64,000 nt of DNA, from contig CAWAUM010000001.1 in NCBI GenBank assembly GCA_963785235.1, positions 32,001-96,000 on the forward strand. The letters run 5' to 3'. Position numbers and translations under genes: made by a program. The notes beneath the pieces are model-generated. The model saw nothing but the letters and a program-made list of their open reading frames with translations. It ran no database searches and was not told where the DNA came from. The stretch is from an uncultured delta proteobacterium. Lineage in GTDB: Bacteria > Desulfobacterota > Desulfomonilia > UBA1062. This document shows positions 63,347-64,000 of the stretch, piece after piece; the stretch's first letter is position 1; the number at the start of each line of letters is the position of its first letter.

Positions 63347-64000
63347 ATGGCGAGGATAAAGACATCTCTATTATGTGTAGCCTTAATAGTGTGTTTCTCA
63401 GGTATCTCATTGGCGGATGCACCAGTTTCCACTGAGGGCGATTGGGTTGCCGATGTCGCAGCAAAGGTGCTGCCTTCGGTTGTGAACATAGCATCCATGA
63501 AAACGGTAACCCAGCAGTCTCCCTTATTCAGTGATCCTTTTTTCAGAGACTTCTTCGGCGGCGGCATACCGCATGAGCGAGTCCAGCGGGCCCTGGGTTC
63601 GGGTGTAATCGTCTCATCCGATGGTTATATCGTGACAAACAACCATGTGGTCGGCGGGGCTGACAAGGTCGAGGTAAGGCTCTCCGATGCCAGCGTATAT
63701 CCTGCCACCATCATAGGGACCGATCCCAAGAGTGATGTAGCCATCATCAAGATCAACAAGACAGGACTGCCTGCAATTAAGATAGGTGATTCTTCCAAGC
63801 TTCGCATCGGGGGCTTTGTCCTGGCAGTCGGCAACCCCTTCGGTCTCGAGCAGACCGTCACCATGGGTATCATCAGCGCGCTCGGCCGCTCAGGCCTTGG
63901 CATCACGGATTATGAAAACTTCATCCAGACGGATGCCTCCATCAATCCCGGCAATTCAGGCGGCGCCCTGGTGAACATGAAGGGCGAACTCATCGGCATC
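63347..64000 (+). CDS. Do/DegQ-family periplasmic serine protease (3' truncated by window; absent from ORF track)
   Basis: GGAGG RBS; signal peptide, PSVVNI, DPFFRDFFG, LGSGVI, TNNHVV, GNPFGL, QTDASINPGNSGGAL. Confidence 0.93.
   Translation, partial: MARIKTSLLCVALIVCFSGISLADAPVSTEGDWVADVAAKVLPSVVNIASMKTVTQQSPLFSDPFFRDFFGGGIPHERVQRALGSGVIVSSDGYIVTNNHVVGGADKVEVRLSDASVYPATIIGTDPKSDVAIIKINKTGLPAIKIGDSSKLRIGGFVLAVGNPFGLEQTVTMGIISALGRSGLGITDYENFIQTDASINPGNSGGALVNMKGELIGI

Noticed and set aside
1-64000. Full reassignment of TAG to a sense codon
   Set aside because: Many genes end at TAG at their expected C-termini (e.g. 6471, 7369, argH, dapB, tolC, livF, livK, rpsA). Only ambiguous readthrough remains possible.

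Overview
Chromosomal window of an anaerobic, fatty-acid-oxidising deltaproteobacterium (Desulfobacterota-like; inferred from gene content, e.g. a DUF6178-type protein, FTR/glutaredoxin and many acyl-CoA dehydrogenases). About 60 CDS: two beta-oxidation clusters (1-7369; 52623-58987) plus an XRE/ACAD pair, a long argBDFGH-lipoprotein-lysA-dapAB-FAH-folK-kinase operon, slt/pgsA, a Cpx-like locus, livKHMGF, rnr, an S1 protein and DegQ. Roughly 30 single-base frameshifts fall in ordinary or essential genes and look like long-read indel errors, so any single-base claim needs caution. No tRNA, rRNA, CRISPR array or transposase was seen. Most interesting signals: (1) a dispersed ~200-bp intergenic element (4 hairpin copies plus 1 partial). 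Its 23-27-bp arms are perfect within three copies yet differ between copies, and its conserved ~30-nt spacer occurs in both orientations relative to the flanks. (2) Two genes continue in frame through an internal TAG. (3) A GltD-type flavin/FeS module is inserted inside the ferredoxin domain of a nitroreductase in a beta-oxidation operon. (4) An SGNH lipoprotein is paired with a lipase-foldase-like chaperone. (5) A lone attC-like site lies in a low-GC protease island.
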